Part shown: positions 24,528 to 36,828 of the stretch, one piece after another | Position numbering within the stretch: the stretch's first letter is position 1 | Layout: every line of letters starts with the position of its first letter | NCBI RefSeq assembly: GCF_963921235.1 | Contig: NC_086108.1 | Location: 58,344,001-58,408,000 of the forward strand | Origin: Mobula hypostoma | Taxonomy: Eukaryota | Direction of reading: 5' to 3' | Length of the DNA: 64,000 nt | The notes under the pieces: model-generated | The model's database searches: none | Told to the model about the DNA's origin: nothing | What the model saw: only the letters and a program-made list of their open reading frames with translations | Made by a program: the position numbers and the translations under genes

Positions 24528-24619
24528 CTAGGTGAAAATTGAACTTACATTTATTAATCAGTTGTGACAGCATAATTACAACATTTTCCCATGCCAAATT
24601 CAAGTGACCATAACATTGT

Positions 24620-26048
24620 CAGACATCCCACCCTGCAAAAACTCATTTCAGAGAGGTAGCACCCCTGCCACCACATATCCCCTCCCCCCCAGGTCAGTTG
24701 ACCTCCAAGAGTGTATGTAATACTTTGTTTAGTGATTTTGTCTAATCTGTAAACCAAGTTGGGTACATGCAGAAAATGTGACATTAAAATATGTACTTAT
24801 ATTATACATTATCATGTTTATTCTATTACAACTTTAAGCAAGTCTACAGGGAGTTTGGTCTCATCACGTAGGTCATCAATAGTGTAGCTCCTTAGCAGCC
24901 AGCCAGCTAGTTTAAATAACGTTAGCTTATGCTAATGAACAAATGACACCTGTTAAACTCACCTCAACATGTCTTTTACAGTCTTAACCCATCACAGGCA
25001 ATAGAAAAGTCACTGTTGCAAACAGTGCAGCGAGCAACATTGTCATTATTTGTGAGGTCGACCGTAAAGTCCGTCCACAGAGAAAACTGATAGGTCTGCT
25101 TAGCAGGGGTCCCCAACCTTTTTTGCACCGCAGACTGGTTTAATATTGACAATATTCTTGCGGACCGGCTGACGGGGGTGGGGGGGGGGGTGTTAATCCC
25201 CACCGGAATATAGATGGTAAGTCAACTATAAGTCATTTATAGGTGGCTAATACACTCAATTTCATTTCTAAAGGGGTTTATCTAACGGATTTAATATTAG
25301 ACACACAGCATCTATCTTCCTCACATGAATATAGTGATAAGTCAATAGCATCATAACATTTTAAGTAACGTTTGGATATTAAACACACAGCGCATATTTT
25401 CCTCGTATGAACATATAAAATCATTGCAACACACCAATATCACTGAATCAGTGGGAGCCCTGGGCTTAATTCCCTGCAACAAGACGGTCCCATTGAGGGG
25501 TGATGGGAGACAGCGATACTCAAAGGGGGTTCCTTATGTCCAGTCTATTTCGCAATTTAGTTTTTGTTGCATTCCTTGTTGAAAACCCCACTTCGCAGAG
25601 ATATGATGTTGGAAATGGAAGCAACGTTTTCAATGCTTCCGTGGCTATCTCAGGATATTCAGCCTTTACTTTGATCCGGAATACCAGTAGAGATGTTACG
25701 TCAAACATACTTTTCAGCCTGTCACTTGCAAGCTCGAGGAGTTGATCTTCTTCCCGCGCTGACATGGATGACGCGTGGGTAATGACCTCGCGTGTGTTCA
25801 AGTTCAACAGTGCATGACAGAGAATGAGGAAAGGTGCAGCTGACTCATATTGTTTCATATCGCCAAATCATATTGTTTCCTCAGTTGGGGACCACTCTTA
25901 GCACGAAGAGAGACCAAGCAGAATGCTCGCTCTCCCTCTCAAAAAAAAAAATCAATTTCTGAGATATTGTATATAATTTCCGGGTGTCAGGGTGCCACTA
26001 TCAATATGCGGGAGACTCCCGGAACTTCCGGGAGAGGTGGGATGTCTG
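24620..26048 (-). mobile_element. Second copy of the 6-bp-TSD hAT-like element (TSD CATTGT), hosting a nested Charlie-type element
   Basis: Same TIRs as 15042-15670; CATTGT at 24614-24619 and 26049-26054. Minus-strand remnant ARCTVCNSDFSIA resembles a BED-finger start. Confidence 0.85.
25104..25896 (-). mobile_element. hAT Charlie/Buster-type non-autonomous element with transposase C-terminal fragment
   Basis: Ends CAGGGGTCCCCAAC / GTTGGGGACCACT with CTTAG on both sides. ORF 25520-25858 EYPEIATEALKTLLPFPTSYLCEVGFS..KTKLRNRLD is a hAT dimerisation-domain motif. Confidence 0.87.
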
Positions 26049-26236
26049 CATTGTTGAGAAGTGAAATGCATTTTTCCAGGATTCTAAAGTTGCTTTGGAA
26101 AATAGTGGCAGAAACCTGATTTGTTAAAACAATGTGAATACACAAGTAAGTTTAGTGACTGCCCCAGATCACCACTGCTTGAAATCTTTGCTTCTCCATG
26201 GCTACATGGAATATTCAGTGTCAGAAGGAAAAATAC

Positions 26237-26726
26237 TATGGACTGATGAACATTCAGGTCTTTAGAAATGCTTTTGTAGCCTTTTCCAGCTTCATGCATC
26301 TTTACAATTCCTTTTCTAAAGTTCTCTGAAAGTTGTTTTGATCGAGGCATGGGGCACATAAACAGATCTTTCTTGATAAGAGCAGGCCCTGTCAGTAACT
26401 TGACTGTGTCTTTTTTTAAAAATATAGGGCAGGGTACCTCTACAACCCACATCTTCAATCTCATCTCATTGACTGGAACACCTGATGCCAAATAGCTTTT
26501 GTAGAAGGCATCATCCCAGAGGTTCACATACTTTTTTGAACCTAGACTGATTGTTTAAATGATGTACTCAGTATTGACGAGAAGTACAATTGTTTGTGTG
26601 TTATTAGCTTAGGCAGATTGCGTTTGTCTATTATCGTGAATAGATGAAGATCAAACCACATTCTATGAGTAATTAATGCAGAAAACAGGTAATTGTAAGA
26701 GGCTCTCAAACTTTCTTGCAACTGTA
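26237..26726 (-). mobile_element. Tc1 transposon 5' fragment
   Basis: TA-CAGTTGCAAGAAAGTTTG terminus on the minus strand; MPRSKQLSENFRKGIVKMHEAGKGYKSISKDLNVHQS is a Tc1 transposase N-terminal HTH. Confidence 0.85.
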
Positions 26727-26989
26727 TTCTTCAGTAAATATTTTTAATCCTTTAACCAGTTTTAAAACTTACCTGATGCCCTTGATGTATTGTATGAAAG
26801 TGGTATCATGAAAAGTATCAAAAACAGTTCTCCTTGCTAAACATTCCCAAATGTTGAAGAATGCAGGAAGGTCATTGAAGAGTGAAGTCACATCAGTCAG
26901 ATACAGTCAATTTTATTTAAAATCATTTTAGTGTTGTGACTGACATAGAAATTTGACTAAAATAAACTCAAAACAGGGACTTGCCAAAA

Positions 26990-28030
26990 AGATGTGGCAG
27001 ACCTAAACTTGGGAGCTTTGACACCTGAGGATATTGGAAAGGATAAAGAAAATTGCTTAAGGGATACTGGTACGGAAATACAGCAAGTATGGGTTGTTTT
27101 TGAGGAGTTGTCCTAATTGCAATGGATTTGAAAAAAACAAGGAGAGAGATGGCACCCAAAGGAAAACCACAACTTAAGGTAGTATGCAAGCTTATGGAAG
27201 CAATATTGATGGAGAAGTTGAAAATGAGGAGAATATAAGATACATTTAAGTGATCATAAGTTTCTAAAGTGATCTTTGGCAATTTTGGCAGGAATCTAAG
27301 CGATGAAGCAGAATATGCAAGAGTGAGCCAATTGATCTGGTGCATTTGGTCCTTCAGAAGATCTTTGTTTAATAAGCTTGTGTGGCACCTTTAAGTTAGA
27401 AAGTATGGGACTGACTTCATGAACCAAGGATTGGTTAATGGAATGAAAATGGCGAGTGAGAATAAATGGCTCAATTGTAGTTTAAGAGATCGTAACCCGA
27501 GGATTGGTGTTGCAGTCCCACAGTCCCAATTGTTTCCAATTTATACTGATAACTTGGATTAGAGGACCAAGTATAATATACACAATGCTGCTGATAAAAG
27601 AAACCTGCACTGTAGTAAGAACTAAGTTTGCAGCGCAAGAACTTAAGGGGATGTAGAGTGAGTAAATGTGCAAGGACGTGGCAAACTGAATTTAAAATGC
27701 AGAAAAGTTGGTATGTCAATCAATGTTGAAGAACAAAGTACATTAATTTTTTAACCAAGTTGAGAGGCCATAACTATTGGTGTTCAAAGGGAACTATGCG
27801 GTTTAGTACACAAACCACTGAAAATTATCATGCATGTACAGAATGCATCTATTCAGATAAATGGCATGTTGGTCTTTACTACAAGAGGATTTGAGTACAA
27901 GTACAAGAAATCTTACTGCAACTATAGAGGGCGCCAATGATTTTGTTTAGGTATCTTGTCACCCTACCCAGGGATACATTTATGACAGAGAGAATGCAAA
28001 GAAAGTTTACCAGATTGATCCTTGAGAAGA
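26990..28030 (+). mobile_element. Very old CR1-like RT remnant
   Basis: Scattered similarity to CR1 ORF2, e.g. GCATGTTGGTCTTTACTACAAGAGGATTTGAGTACAAG and ERMQRKFTRLI. Confidence 0.55.
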
Positions 28031-28418
28031 TCTGCAATTTTTCATTGAACAGTTCACTGAGCAGGAATACGTCAGCTCCACATCTTATGCCACCATACTC
28101 CTACTCCAGTTACTGTGTTATGTTATGGTAACATGCATAATGGAACAGCTGAATAATAACAGTAGTGGCTTTTTTTTATGTTGAACCATAAATACTTTTA
28201 TATTTAAGAGATTGAATTTAATTCATATTGTTGACACAAAACAAAAATCTTTAAAACTTGCTATAATTTATCTACCAATATAAGTCTATTGCCTAGTACA
28301 CATTGAACAGGAGAGAAAGAGTGCCTTTGTTAAGATATGGAAATTAAAATCAAAGAGCAATTGAAGTATTGTTCCATGATGAAAACAAGTTACATTGCTG
28401 CAATTCCAAAGTACTTAC

Positions 28419-28498
28419 TTTCCAGATTCAGCTGAGATGTATTCTTCCCAAGTGATTGTGTTGGCAGGGGGAGCACTGAGTGACTGTCTTCGAACAGG
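28419..28498 (-). CDS. ANKRD13C: ANKRD13C coding exon
   Basis: ttcag|CCT ... AA|gtaagt. PVRRQSLSAPPANTITWEEYISAESGK. Confidence 0.95.
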
Positions 28499-28554
28499 CT
28501 GAATATGGAAAAATGTAATTTATCAGGTTTAAACTTGTCAATCTAGAATTTCAG

Positions 28555-30230
28555 AATGATTACAACGTGGGAGTTTTAAGTCTATAATGGTGCAATGCAA
28601 GAGCAATCTAGTTTCTCTCTTCTCTACTAGCTCCCCGTAGCTTTGAAAATTATTTCCTTTCCAATATTTTCCCACTCCCTTTTGAACATTATAATTGATC
28701 TGTTTCCACAATTATCCCTGCTAATGCATCCCAGACTGAATCACCTGCTGTGCAAATTCACTTTTCCCTCGATATTCCCAATTTGTTTTTTTTGTCAAAT
28801 CACTTTCACTCTATGTCCTTTAATGCAACACAAATGGGAACAAGTTCTCATCTTATTCTCTCTCCATTCATTCAATACTACTCCCTCTTGGGTATGATTG
28901 CAACCTCTTCAGTTCCAGGGAGAACAACTTAAGTGTCTATCTGGGTAAATAAATCCCTGGAATGATTTTGATAAACCTCAGCAAATTAACTAATGCATAC
29001 TCAAATGCAGCAAGACTAGACAGTTCAGACTTCAACTGACATATGGCAAGTGTCAGAGATATATCAAAAAGATTATCACCTTCCAAAGGATAGACTAACA
29101 ATCTGCATCTAATAGTGCCAATTTACCCATTATCAACATCCTGGGAGGTCACTGTTGACACAAAGCTCAACTGAACTAATATAGAGTAAGAGTCATGCAG
29201 CAAAGCAAAAGGCCCTTTAGCCCAATTGGTCCAAAGGAACCAAGATGCCCATCCAAGCTAGACAAATATTATTCTAAAACTTTCCTTTCCATGCACTGAT
29301 CCAACAGTCTATTAGAAGTTGTTATTGTACTTGCCTCAACCACTTACTCTTCAGTTCATTCCATGTATGTACCAGCCTCTGCGTAAAAGAAGCTGCTCAT
29401 CAAGTTATTCTTCAATCTTCTCCCTCTAATACTCAATTCCCCAACACTGGGGAAAAGACAGCGTATATTTGTTTATGTTTGTCCCTCATGATTTTACAAG
29501 ACCACCCCATAGTCCCCTGCACTCCAAGGAAAAAAAAGTCTTACCTTGTCCCAACTCTCCCTAAAACTTAATCCCTCCATTCATGACAATATCTTTGTAA
29601 ATTTCAGATGTTGTTTATTTCAGATTTCCAGTTTATTAACATTTTCCTGTAGTCAGGTGATCAAATGTAAACAATACTTCAAATGTAACCTCCCAACCTC
29701 TACGCACAGTACTCTGACTGATGAAAGCCAGTGTGCCTAAAGTTTTGTTCACCACCCTGTCTACTTGTGACTCCACTTCCAAGGAACGATGCACCTCAAA
29801 AATCCAAGGTCTCTCTGTTCTACAATACTCCCCTGGGACCTATTTACTATTTATTGTGAAAGCCCTGCCTTGATTTGACTTTTCAAAATTCAATATTTTT
29901 CACCTCTCTGCATTAAATTTCATTTGCTATTTCCTCGGCCCCTTTACCCAACTGCTCAAGATCCCATAGTAATCTTTGATAAATGTCTTCACTGTCAACA
30001 CCTGTTTTATAAATACATTGGCTGTAAGAAAGATGAAAGGCTGGGTTCCGTGCATGTGACTCATCTTCTGACAAGCCAAAACCTTTCCATGTACAAGAAC
30101 ATTTAAGAGACTGATGGAACAATAATATACCCACATCTTTTTAAATGGACAGAAAGGGTATATATATTTTGCAATTTTCCATTCCTCAGAAACTATCCCA
30201 GAAGCTTTAGAGGAAGAAAAATTATAGCCA
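28555..30230 (-). mobile_element. Cluster of old CR1-like fragments
   Basis: Degenerate matches to the reverse complement of CR1 3' and RT regions seen elsewhere in the window. Confidence 0.55.
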
Positions 30231-31099
30231 GAGCAAGGTGACTTGTCCATTTTGTGTAACTAAACTATTTATCACTATCTCCACCAATTTTCAACCCATC
30301 CTGAATCTCAATTAAATCTTACTTTGTTGAAATAATTCATGTAGTATTGGTCTTGCCCTCTGCCATTAATACTTATTTACTTTTCAGTTTTTGATCAGCT
30401 CCAGTTATCCTCTTACAACCATTTTCCTGTTCATGTAGAGAATTCCCACAAACATCAGGCTCCTTGGTTCCCAAGTTTAGAGATTTTAATATTTGTTCTC
30501 AAAATTAACTAAAGGCATGCTGACATTGCTGCTAATGCAAGATTTTAATGCCCAGTACAATTTGTGGCAGATACAGGTGAGCTATCCTTTTGAATTAGAA
30601 ACTCAAGGGTCATTGTCCTAAAATGTCAAATCTACTTCTCACTCCATAAATATGCCTGAGCCACAAAGTATTAACATAATTTTCTATTATTTCAGATTTC
30701 CAGCACCACAGTATCATTTAAGTTTTAACATGACTCCTGTTAATGACTAAAGATTTACTGCATAGTTGTTTTGAACCATTTTAAATACTTTTCCACTCAA
30801 AAGTTTCGCCACAGACTTCCATTCAAAGTCAGTTGAAATTGGCTCACAGATGAACATTTACTCTTTGATAAATGATCTGCAGATGTTCTTTATTTCCTCT
30901 GCCATATGTTGACCTTGGACACTTTAGCACCAACATAAATATTAAGCTATTTAGAATTCAAATATTATTCTATTAAATTTTAGCTTCATTAGACCTACCA
31001 ATAAGTTCTTTCTTAAACAAAACTCAATTTACAATCAAATCACCAAATGAGCAACAATTTTTAAGCATAAAGGAAAGAAACATCAAATCAATTTGCTGA

Positions 31100-31280
31100 G
31101 ACACAAGAGATTCTGTAGATGCTAGAAATCCAGAGTAACACACACAAAATGCTGGAGGAACTTAGCAGGTCAGGTAGCATCTAAGGACGGAAATAAACAA
31201 TTGACATTTCGGGCTGAGACCCAACTATTTCTGTCCATAAATGCTGCCTGAGTTGCTGAGTTCCTCCAGTGTTTTGCATA
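31100..31280. mobile_element. Second hairpin mini-element of inverted Penelope termini
   Basis: Arms 31143-31194 and 31226-31276 are imperfect reverse complements; the loop holds the 3' half of the hammerhead (minus: GGGTCTCAGCCC-GAAAT-GTC-AATTG). Confidence 0.75.
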
Positions 31281-32850
31281 TTTATAAATCAATTTGCTAA
31301 GTCCTGTTTCAGACATTACGTTTGGAATTTTGGATCTATAAGCTACGTAACTAAAAGAATTGCTGAGCATATCATGCATCAGATTAAGTTAAGAACAAAA
31401 AAGCTGAGTGGGCCAACTATATGCCCGTAAAAAAAAAGTTAATAATGAAGTCTGCCATGATCAATTTAAAACTGAAACTTAATCGCTAACCTAAACTTTC
31501 AAAATTTAACCTTATTTACAATCAATGGACAAATGGAATATCAACGTGTGCATTCTTACATTCTTATAACACTGAATGGTGAAGAATGTTTTCTCAATTA
31601 GATTACTGTCTGAAAAGATGCAGAGAATAGCTATAGTACAAAGACTTTGCATCTTGATGGTGAATCACTTAACATAACCATATCATGGCTGCTAAAGTGT
31701 ACAGTTCAGAAATAGAAACCTGATTTTGTGCTTAACAGGATTTCAAATACATTAAAGATACTTAGACTATATAGAATAGAGAAAGGAATCAAAACTGCTG
31801 TTCTGGTCAGAAGTAGACAAGATGAACACTTGACAACATGTTGATGCCACTGTGAATTCAAAATATGGACTTCAATTTAGAACAATTGCGCTCAATTTAA
31901 AGCTCGAGGAATTTGCTATTATTTATCTCTGAGCTGTATGCAACTTAAGCTTTATAATGTACAGGTCAGCTCAATCAAACAGCTGCAGAAATGTGAAAAA
32001 GACTGTTCGCTTTGCTTCCATTCTTCTCTCCACCTCATCCCCCCCACCACAAACTACTTCAGTTCTCTACATTAACCTCTTCTTGCAGATGTTGCTAAGT
32101 TAAATTGGAATTTCAAGCTACAAACCATCTACAGATATGATCCCAAACTATGCCTCCACCTTCCAATTCTTACTAACTTCTATTTATTATCTCATTAAGA
32201 ATTAAAGATCGTAACGTATTATTTTGCTACCTATTCCCTCACCAGGATATTTTTGTACATACTTTTGGATAACACATTAAAGTAAGGCTCATCTGCTTTC
32301 GCACGTGGATGTACTCGCTCCTATGACACTAATCCACTGTCTTGTCTGCCTAGTGCGCTTCAGGATGCACACATCTAGTTCTTGGCATGCTGATAGGCAG
32401 CATCTAATGCATACAGACATTCCAGAAAGAACATTCATTTTTAGTTCACTCGTACTAATGAGGTGTGATGGGATTTCATTCACATATAATTATGTGGAAT
32501 AAAAAGATTGGTGATGATGAGGGAAGCCACAAGATCTTTTTCAACACATTGACAAGATTTCAAGTAATACATTGCCAGAAATATTTTAAAACAAATTCCT
32601 TACAATAAAAAGAATTTTTGTATCAGATACATGACCTTAGCTTTGATGTGATTTAACTATAACTATTTCTGAACATTATTTGTAAAGTAATGGAATACAA
32701 ATCAGCGGGTATATTTATGAATATCATCATGCACTGTTACTCCATATAATTCACAGTAAAGAAAATTATCAAATGTCCCTTAAAATTCCAAACCCTACAG
32801 TGCTCCTACTTACCCCTCAAAACAAAACCCCAGAATAGAATAAAACTTAC

Positions 32851-33012
32851 CTCAAAATTTTGCTCCATTAAGTTTCCTCCTTTGCTCAGACTTTCCATGA
32901 TAGCCTTATTTCTTAGAATATCCTCTTCGCTAAGGTGCTCACGCCGTTTTCGGGATTCCAAAACAAGCCCATTTACAGAATAAAAGTCTGCCAAGAAGTT
33001 CCCAACTCGCTC
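32851..33012 (-). CDS. ANKRD13C: ANKRD13C coding exon
   Basis: tctag|GAG ... GAG|gtaagt, 162 nt. ERVGNFLADFYSVNGLVLESRKRREHLSEEDILRNKAIMESLSKGGNLMEQNFE. Confidence 0.96.
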
Positions 33013-33099
33013 CTAGAGAATATTTTCCCCAAAATTAGTCAGTGACCTTATTTGTGTACAGTTCATATTAGCCAAGTCTTTTTTGCATACACATACTAA

Positions 33100-33465
33100 T
33101 ACAGCACAGTAAAAGGGCCTTTGTTCCATGACATCTGTACCAAGCATAATGCAAAGTTAAGCTAATCCATTCTACCTGAATGATTCATACCCTTCTACCC
33201 CCTGCATATTCATGTGCCTATCTACAAGTCTCTTGAAAACCACTATTTTAACTGCCTGCACTACTACTCCTGGCAGTGTAGTCCAGGCAACAGCCACTCT
33301 CAGGTGTAAAAAAAAACTTGCTCTGCACATCCCATTTAAACTTTCCCTGTTTCACCTTAAAGCCAAGACCTCTAGTACTCAATCCTGGGAAAGTGATTAA
33401 CAGGCTATGCTTCTCAGAAGCTTATAAAATTTATTAGGTTTCCCCCATCTCCAATGCTTCAGAGA
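33100..33465 (-). mobile_element. Old CR1 3' fragment
   Basis: Resembles 11530-11900 (CCACTCTCAGGTGTAAAAAAAAACTTG etc.). Confidence 0.6.
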
Positions 33466-34737
33466 ATCTTAATCTTTAGAAAATAGTAACTAGTAAGCTT
33501 CTATTCTTATACTTGCAGGCAAAAATGTAAAAAGCTTCACACTTGTTCTTGTCCAATTAAAAAGCAATCAGTTTTAAAATTTTCATTCTAGTCTACAAGC
33601 AATCATGAAAATATCTTTTCCTAGATGTAATCTCTTTCAGCACAAGAATCTCAGTTTCTTCAATTCCAGCCTATTTTCTCTTTAACAGCCAAATCACTAA
33701 ACTGTGGATGAAATTCCTTCTCTTGCTTCCTTTGTGACCTTTCTTAAGTTATCGCTGAAGAACTTTATAGCTTTTTTTAAAATTAAGAATTCTGCACAAA
33801 TGCAAGATTTTGCTAGACCAATGTCTTTTATTATGTGGAGGGCAGGATCCTATCACGGTACTGTATGCTTCAAATCACAAACTGCAGAATAATAAAGGTC
33901 AAGACAACAGTACAGAGATAAATGGCAGAAATGGACAGGTAGGTGGATACAACACAGAAAGAACACTTTTGGGGGAGAAGGGCAATTATACAAAATTTAA
34001 GGTAGGAAATAGGGTCACACAAGGATCAGAATTTATATCAATATGCAAATAAAAATTATTTAAGTGGGAGGAATAATCTACAAACGTTTGTACATGAAAT
34101 GTAACATTACAGAGATACATTAATAAAACTGTAAAATGAGCAAATAATTTGTATTGGATTTCTACAAGATTTTCCAACATTATTTTGAAAAGTAAAACTG
34201 AGAATCTGTTACTTGGATAAAAATATTGAGCAGCAAAGAAATTCTAAAGTACAAGACAATCTAAGATCACAAATACATAACTCATTTCAATGCAGATAAA
34301 TAGGCAAAAATAAAGCAAATTAGGGCTTACTTTTTAAACACAAAATTGCCAAACTTACATTATGTATAAGCAAGGAGTACCATGTACGTACATTTCTCCT
34401 CTGTATATGGTCAAAGGCAAGGGAAAGGGAAATGAATTAGGTTACCCAAGAAGTGTTAGGCCATACCCAGCAGGAAACTGATCAGGCACAATCTCTTCAC
34501 TTGAAAGGAGAAGGCCATGTCTCTAGTCTATGTGCCCTTCAACTGGTTACCAAATGATTAAAAAAGGGGTGCAGGAAAAAAAAACTTATATGCAATGAAG
34601 CAAGAAAATGGGAACCTCTACTACAAGTAGTTGTTGAGAAGAGTACTTCAGCCAGTCAGATGCTAAAGGACAGGAAGAGGTTTAAATGGTATGCTGAAGC
34701 AATGACACCAACACGGATGATGCCAACAGACTCAATG

Positions 34738-35140
34738 TACTAATTAGAGAGGCTGGCTCTGTTATAGGAATCAAACTGGACCCCTGCAGGCTGTGTTAGA
34801 ACAAAGAACCCTATGGAAAATCCTGGCAATTCTGAAAAATGTTTCTCACCCCCGCATGCCACCTTGGCTGAACAGAGGAGCACTTTTAGTAATAGACTAA
34901 GACAACTGGTGGCTCTGAAGAGCACTATATGAGGTCATTCTTGCCCTCGGCCATTAGGCTCTATAATGAATCAACATATAGCTGGGAAGTAATGACCCCC
35001 TCCTGTTAGACTGTTCGAGGTAACATTTTTTATTCTTTCTTACTTCTCTTCCAATATTTGTACATTTGTATATCTGTGCACTTGTAACGCTACCGTCACA
35101 CTGCAATTACCTTTGGGATGAATACAGTATCTATTTATAT
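34738..35140 (+). mobile_element. Rex1/Babar-type LINE 3' fragment
   Basis: RSFLPSAIRLYN-like C-terminal coding remnant; same family as 46069-46739. Confidence 0.65.
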
Positions 35141-35282
35141 CTGTACAGAGTGGGTTAAATGATCTAATGCTCATTGAAATATCCAGCTTTGATCCAATAT
35201 AAAATTGAATATATTGGAAAGCTTTATTTATATACCACAGAGCTTATTTAGTTAAAAGGTCACAACACAAAAACCATCACAC

Positions 35283-35414
35283 CGTTTTATCTTCTCGGAA
35301 AAGCCAGCCAGTCTGTGCTCGTGCAAAGGTAATCGACTTTGTAGATAATGTTGCTGAGTAAATATCACTGCTCATCAAGATATCCACCTCTTCTTCAGTT
35401 TCCATCTCTGATTC
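35283..35414 (-). CDS. ANKRD13C: ANKRD13C coding exon
   Basis: ttcag|GAA ... ACG|gtgtga, 132 nt. ESEMETEEEVDILMSSDIYSATLSTKSITFARAQTGWLFREDKT. Confidence 0.95.
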
Positions 35415-35764
35415 CTGAAATAAAACCATAAGAAAGGAACTAGAATTATTGTTCACTCAATTAATCTGCTAAAGATAAAGTATGTTCATGTAGTATTAAG
35501 ATTCCAATTCTCTATGTGCACTGAAAAAGTAACTTATTTACAGCATAAATGAACAGCTAGTCATATTTGACAGCTGTACAAATTATTTAAAATTATTTCA
35601 TTTTCTGGACCCTGAGCTTCCAATTACTTATCATTAATTCACTACTCATTTCCACTCTGACCCTTCTTTCCATGGATTCTTGCACTATTACAATGAGGCT
35701 AAATACAAGTTTGAGGTACAATACCTCATCTTCAGTATAGGCACACTGCAGTTTCTGACTCAAT

Positions 35765-36206
35765 ACTAGGAGGGGTTATTGATAAGTTTGTGGCCTAAGG
35801 TAGGAGGAGTCAATTTTAGAAAACCTAGCACATTTTTCAACATAGTCCCCTCCAACATTTACACACTTAGTCCAGCGGTCGTGGAGCATACGGATCTTGG
35901 ACCTCCAGAAAGTGTCTACAGCAGGGGTGATTGATAAATTTGTGACCTAAGGCGGAAGGAGATGAGTCTCATAACATGCACATGCAGTTCAACTCTGAGT
36001 GATTATGCAGAAAGTTTGAAGTAATAACTCATCAGGGGTGATTGATAAGTTCGTGGCCGAAGGTAGAAGGAGATAAGTTATTAACTTCAAACTTCCTGCA
36101 TAATCACTCAAAGAGCTGAACTGCATGTGCATGTAAGAAGAGTTGTACAACTCACCTCCCTTCTGCCTTAGGCCACGAACTTATCAATCAACCCAACTTA
36201 TCAATC
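35765..36206. mobile_element. Mariner-like MITE with internally repeated TIR units
   Basis: Unit AGGGGTGATTGATAAGTTYGTGGCCTAAGGTAGAAGGAG at ~35771, ~35923 and ~36034, plus an inverted copy at ~36155-36194. Confidence 0.7.
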
Positions 36207-36473
36207 TTTCTGCACCAGAACTAGCTATTTATGTCTGTCATTACTTTGGCTGAGTTTTCCTTAATCAACACTGGCATGCATATCCCACAGCTGCACTATT
36301 TGCAATACATTACATGGAGAAAAACACAAATTGCTTATAACTGCCCTATTAAATCATTTGAATTGACTCAGTCAGAGATACTTCCTTTGTTGTACCCATC
36401 CCTCCTATACACATTTCATATATAGACAGACCTGCTATCAGGTTGAATAGTATTAAAATAGCATAAAACTCAC

Positions 36474-36618
36474 CTCATGGTGTATTCGCTGATAAACTTT
36501 TTGCTCGTTGTCTAATACTACGAAAGATTCAGAAGGTGCAGAATCACCATTGAAAATGAAGCTTAAATCTCCACGTTGGCATTTCATATCAGTAAAGTCT
36601 ATTAGAGTTGTATCAAGC
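36474..36618 (-). CDS. ANKRD13C: ANKRD13C coding exon
   Basis: ttcag|G ... GAG|gtgagt. LDTTLIDFTDMKCQRGDLSFIFNGDSAPSESFVVLDNEQKVYQRIHHE. Confidence 0.96.
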
Positions 36619-36828
36619 CTGAAAATGCATGTTAAAATCATAACTGTTAACTCTATATTTATCTGCCAAGCAACCCAGTTACACTGAAACACTTTGAAGT
36701 AATGGTTCTCAGGGGTAGCAGGGAAGAAAAAGGCTAGTCTTGACAATGATATCAAGATCTTAATGACTACATAAAAAAGAACCATGACGAATCTTGTATT
36801 CTTAAGTGCACGTGCTTCATAGCACTGA

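Noticed and set aside
25520..25858. Possible domesticated ZBED/Buster host gene
   Set aside because: Only a C-terminal fragment inside TIRs, with a second decayed copy at 60110-60475; no exon structure.
35771..36075. Regularly recurring ~40-bp direct repeats resembling a CRISPR array
   Set aside because: Eukaryotic intron, only three diverged units, an inverted terminal copy and spacers related to each other; a MITE explains it.
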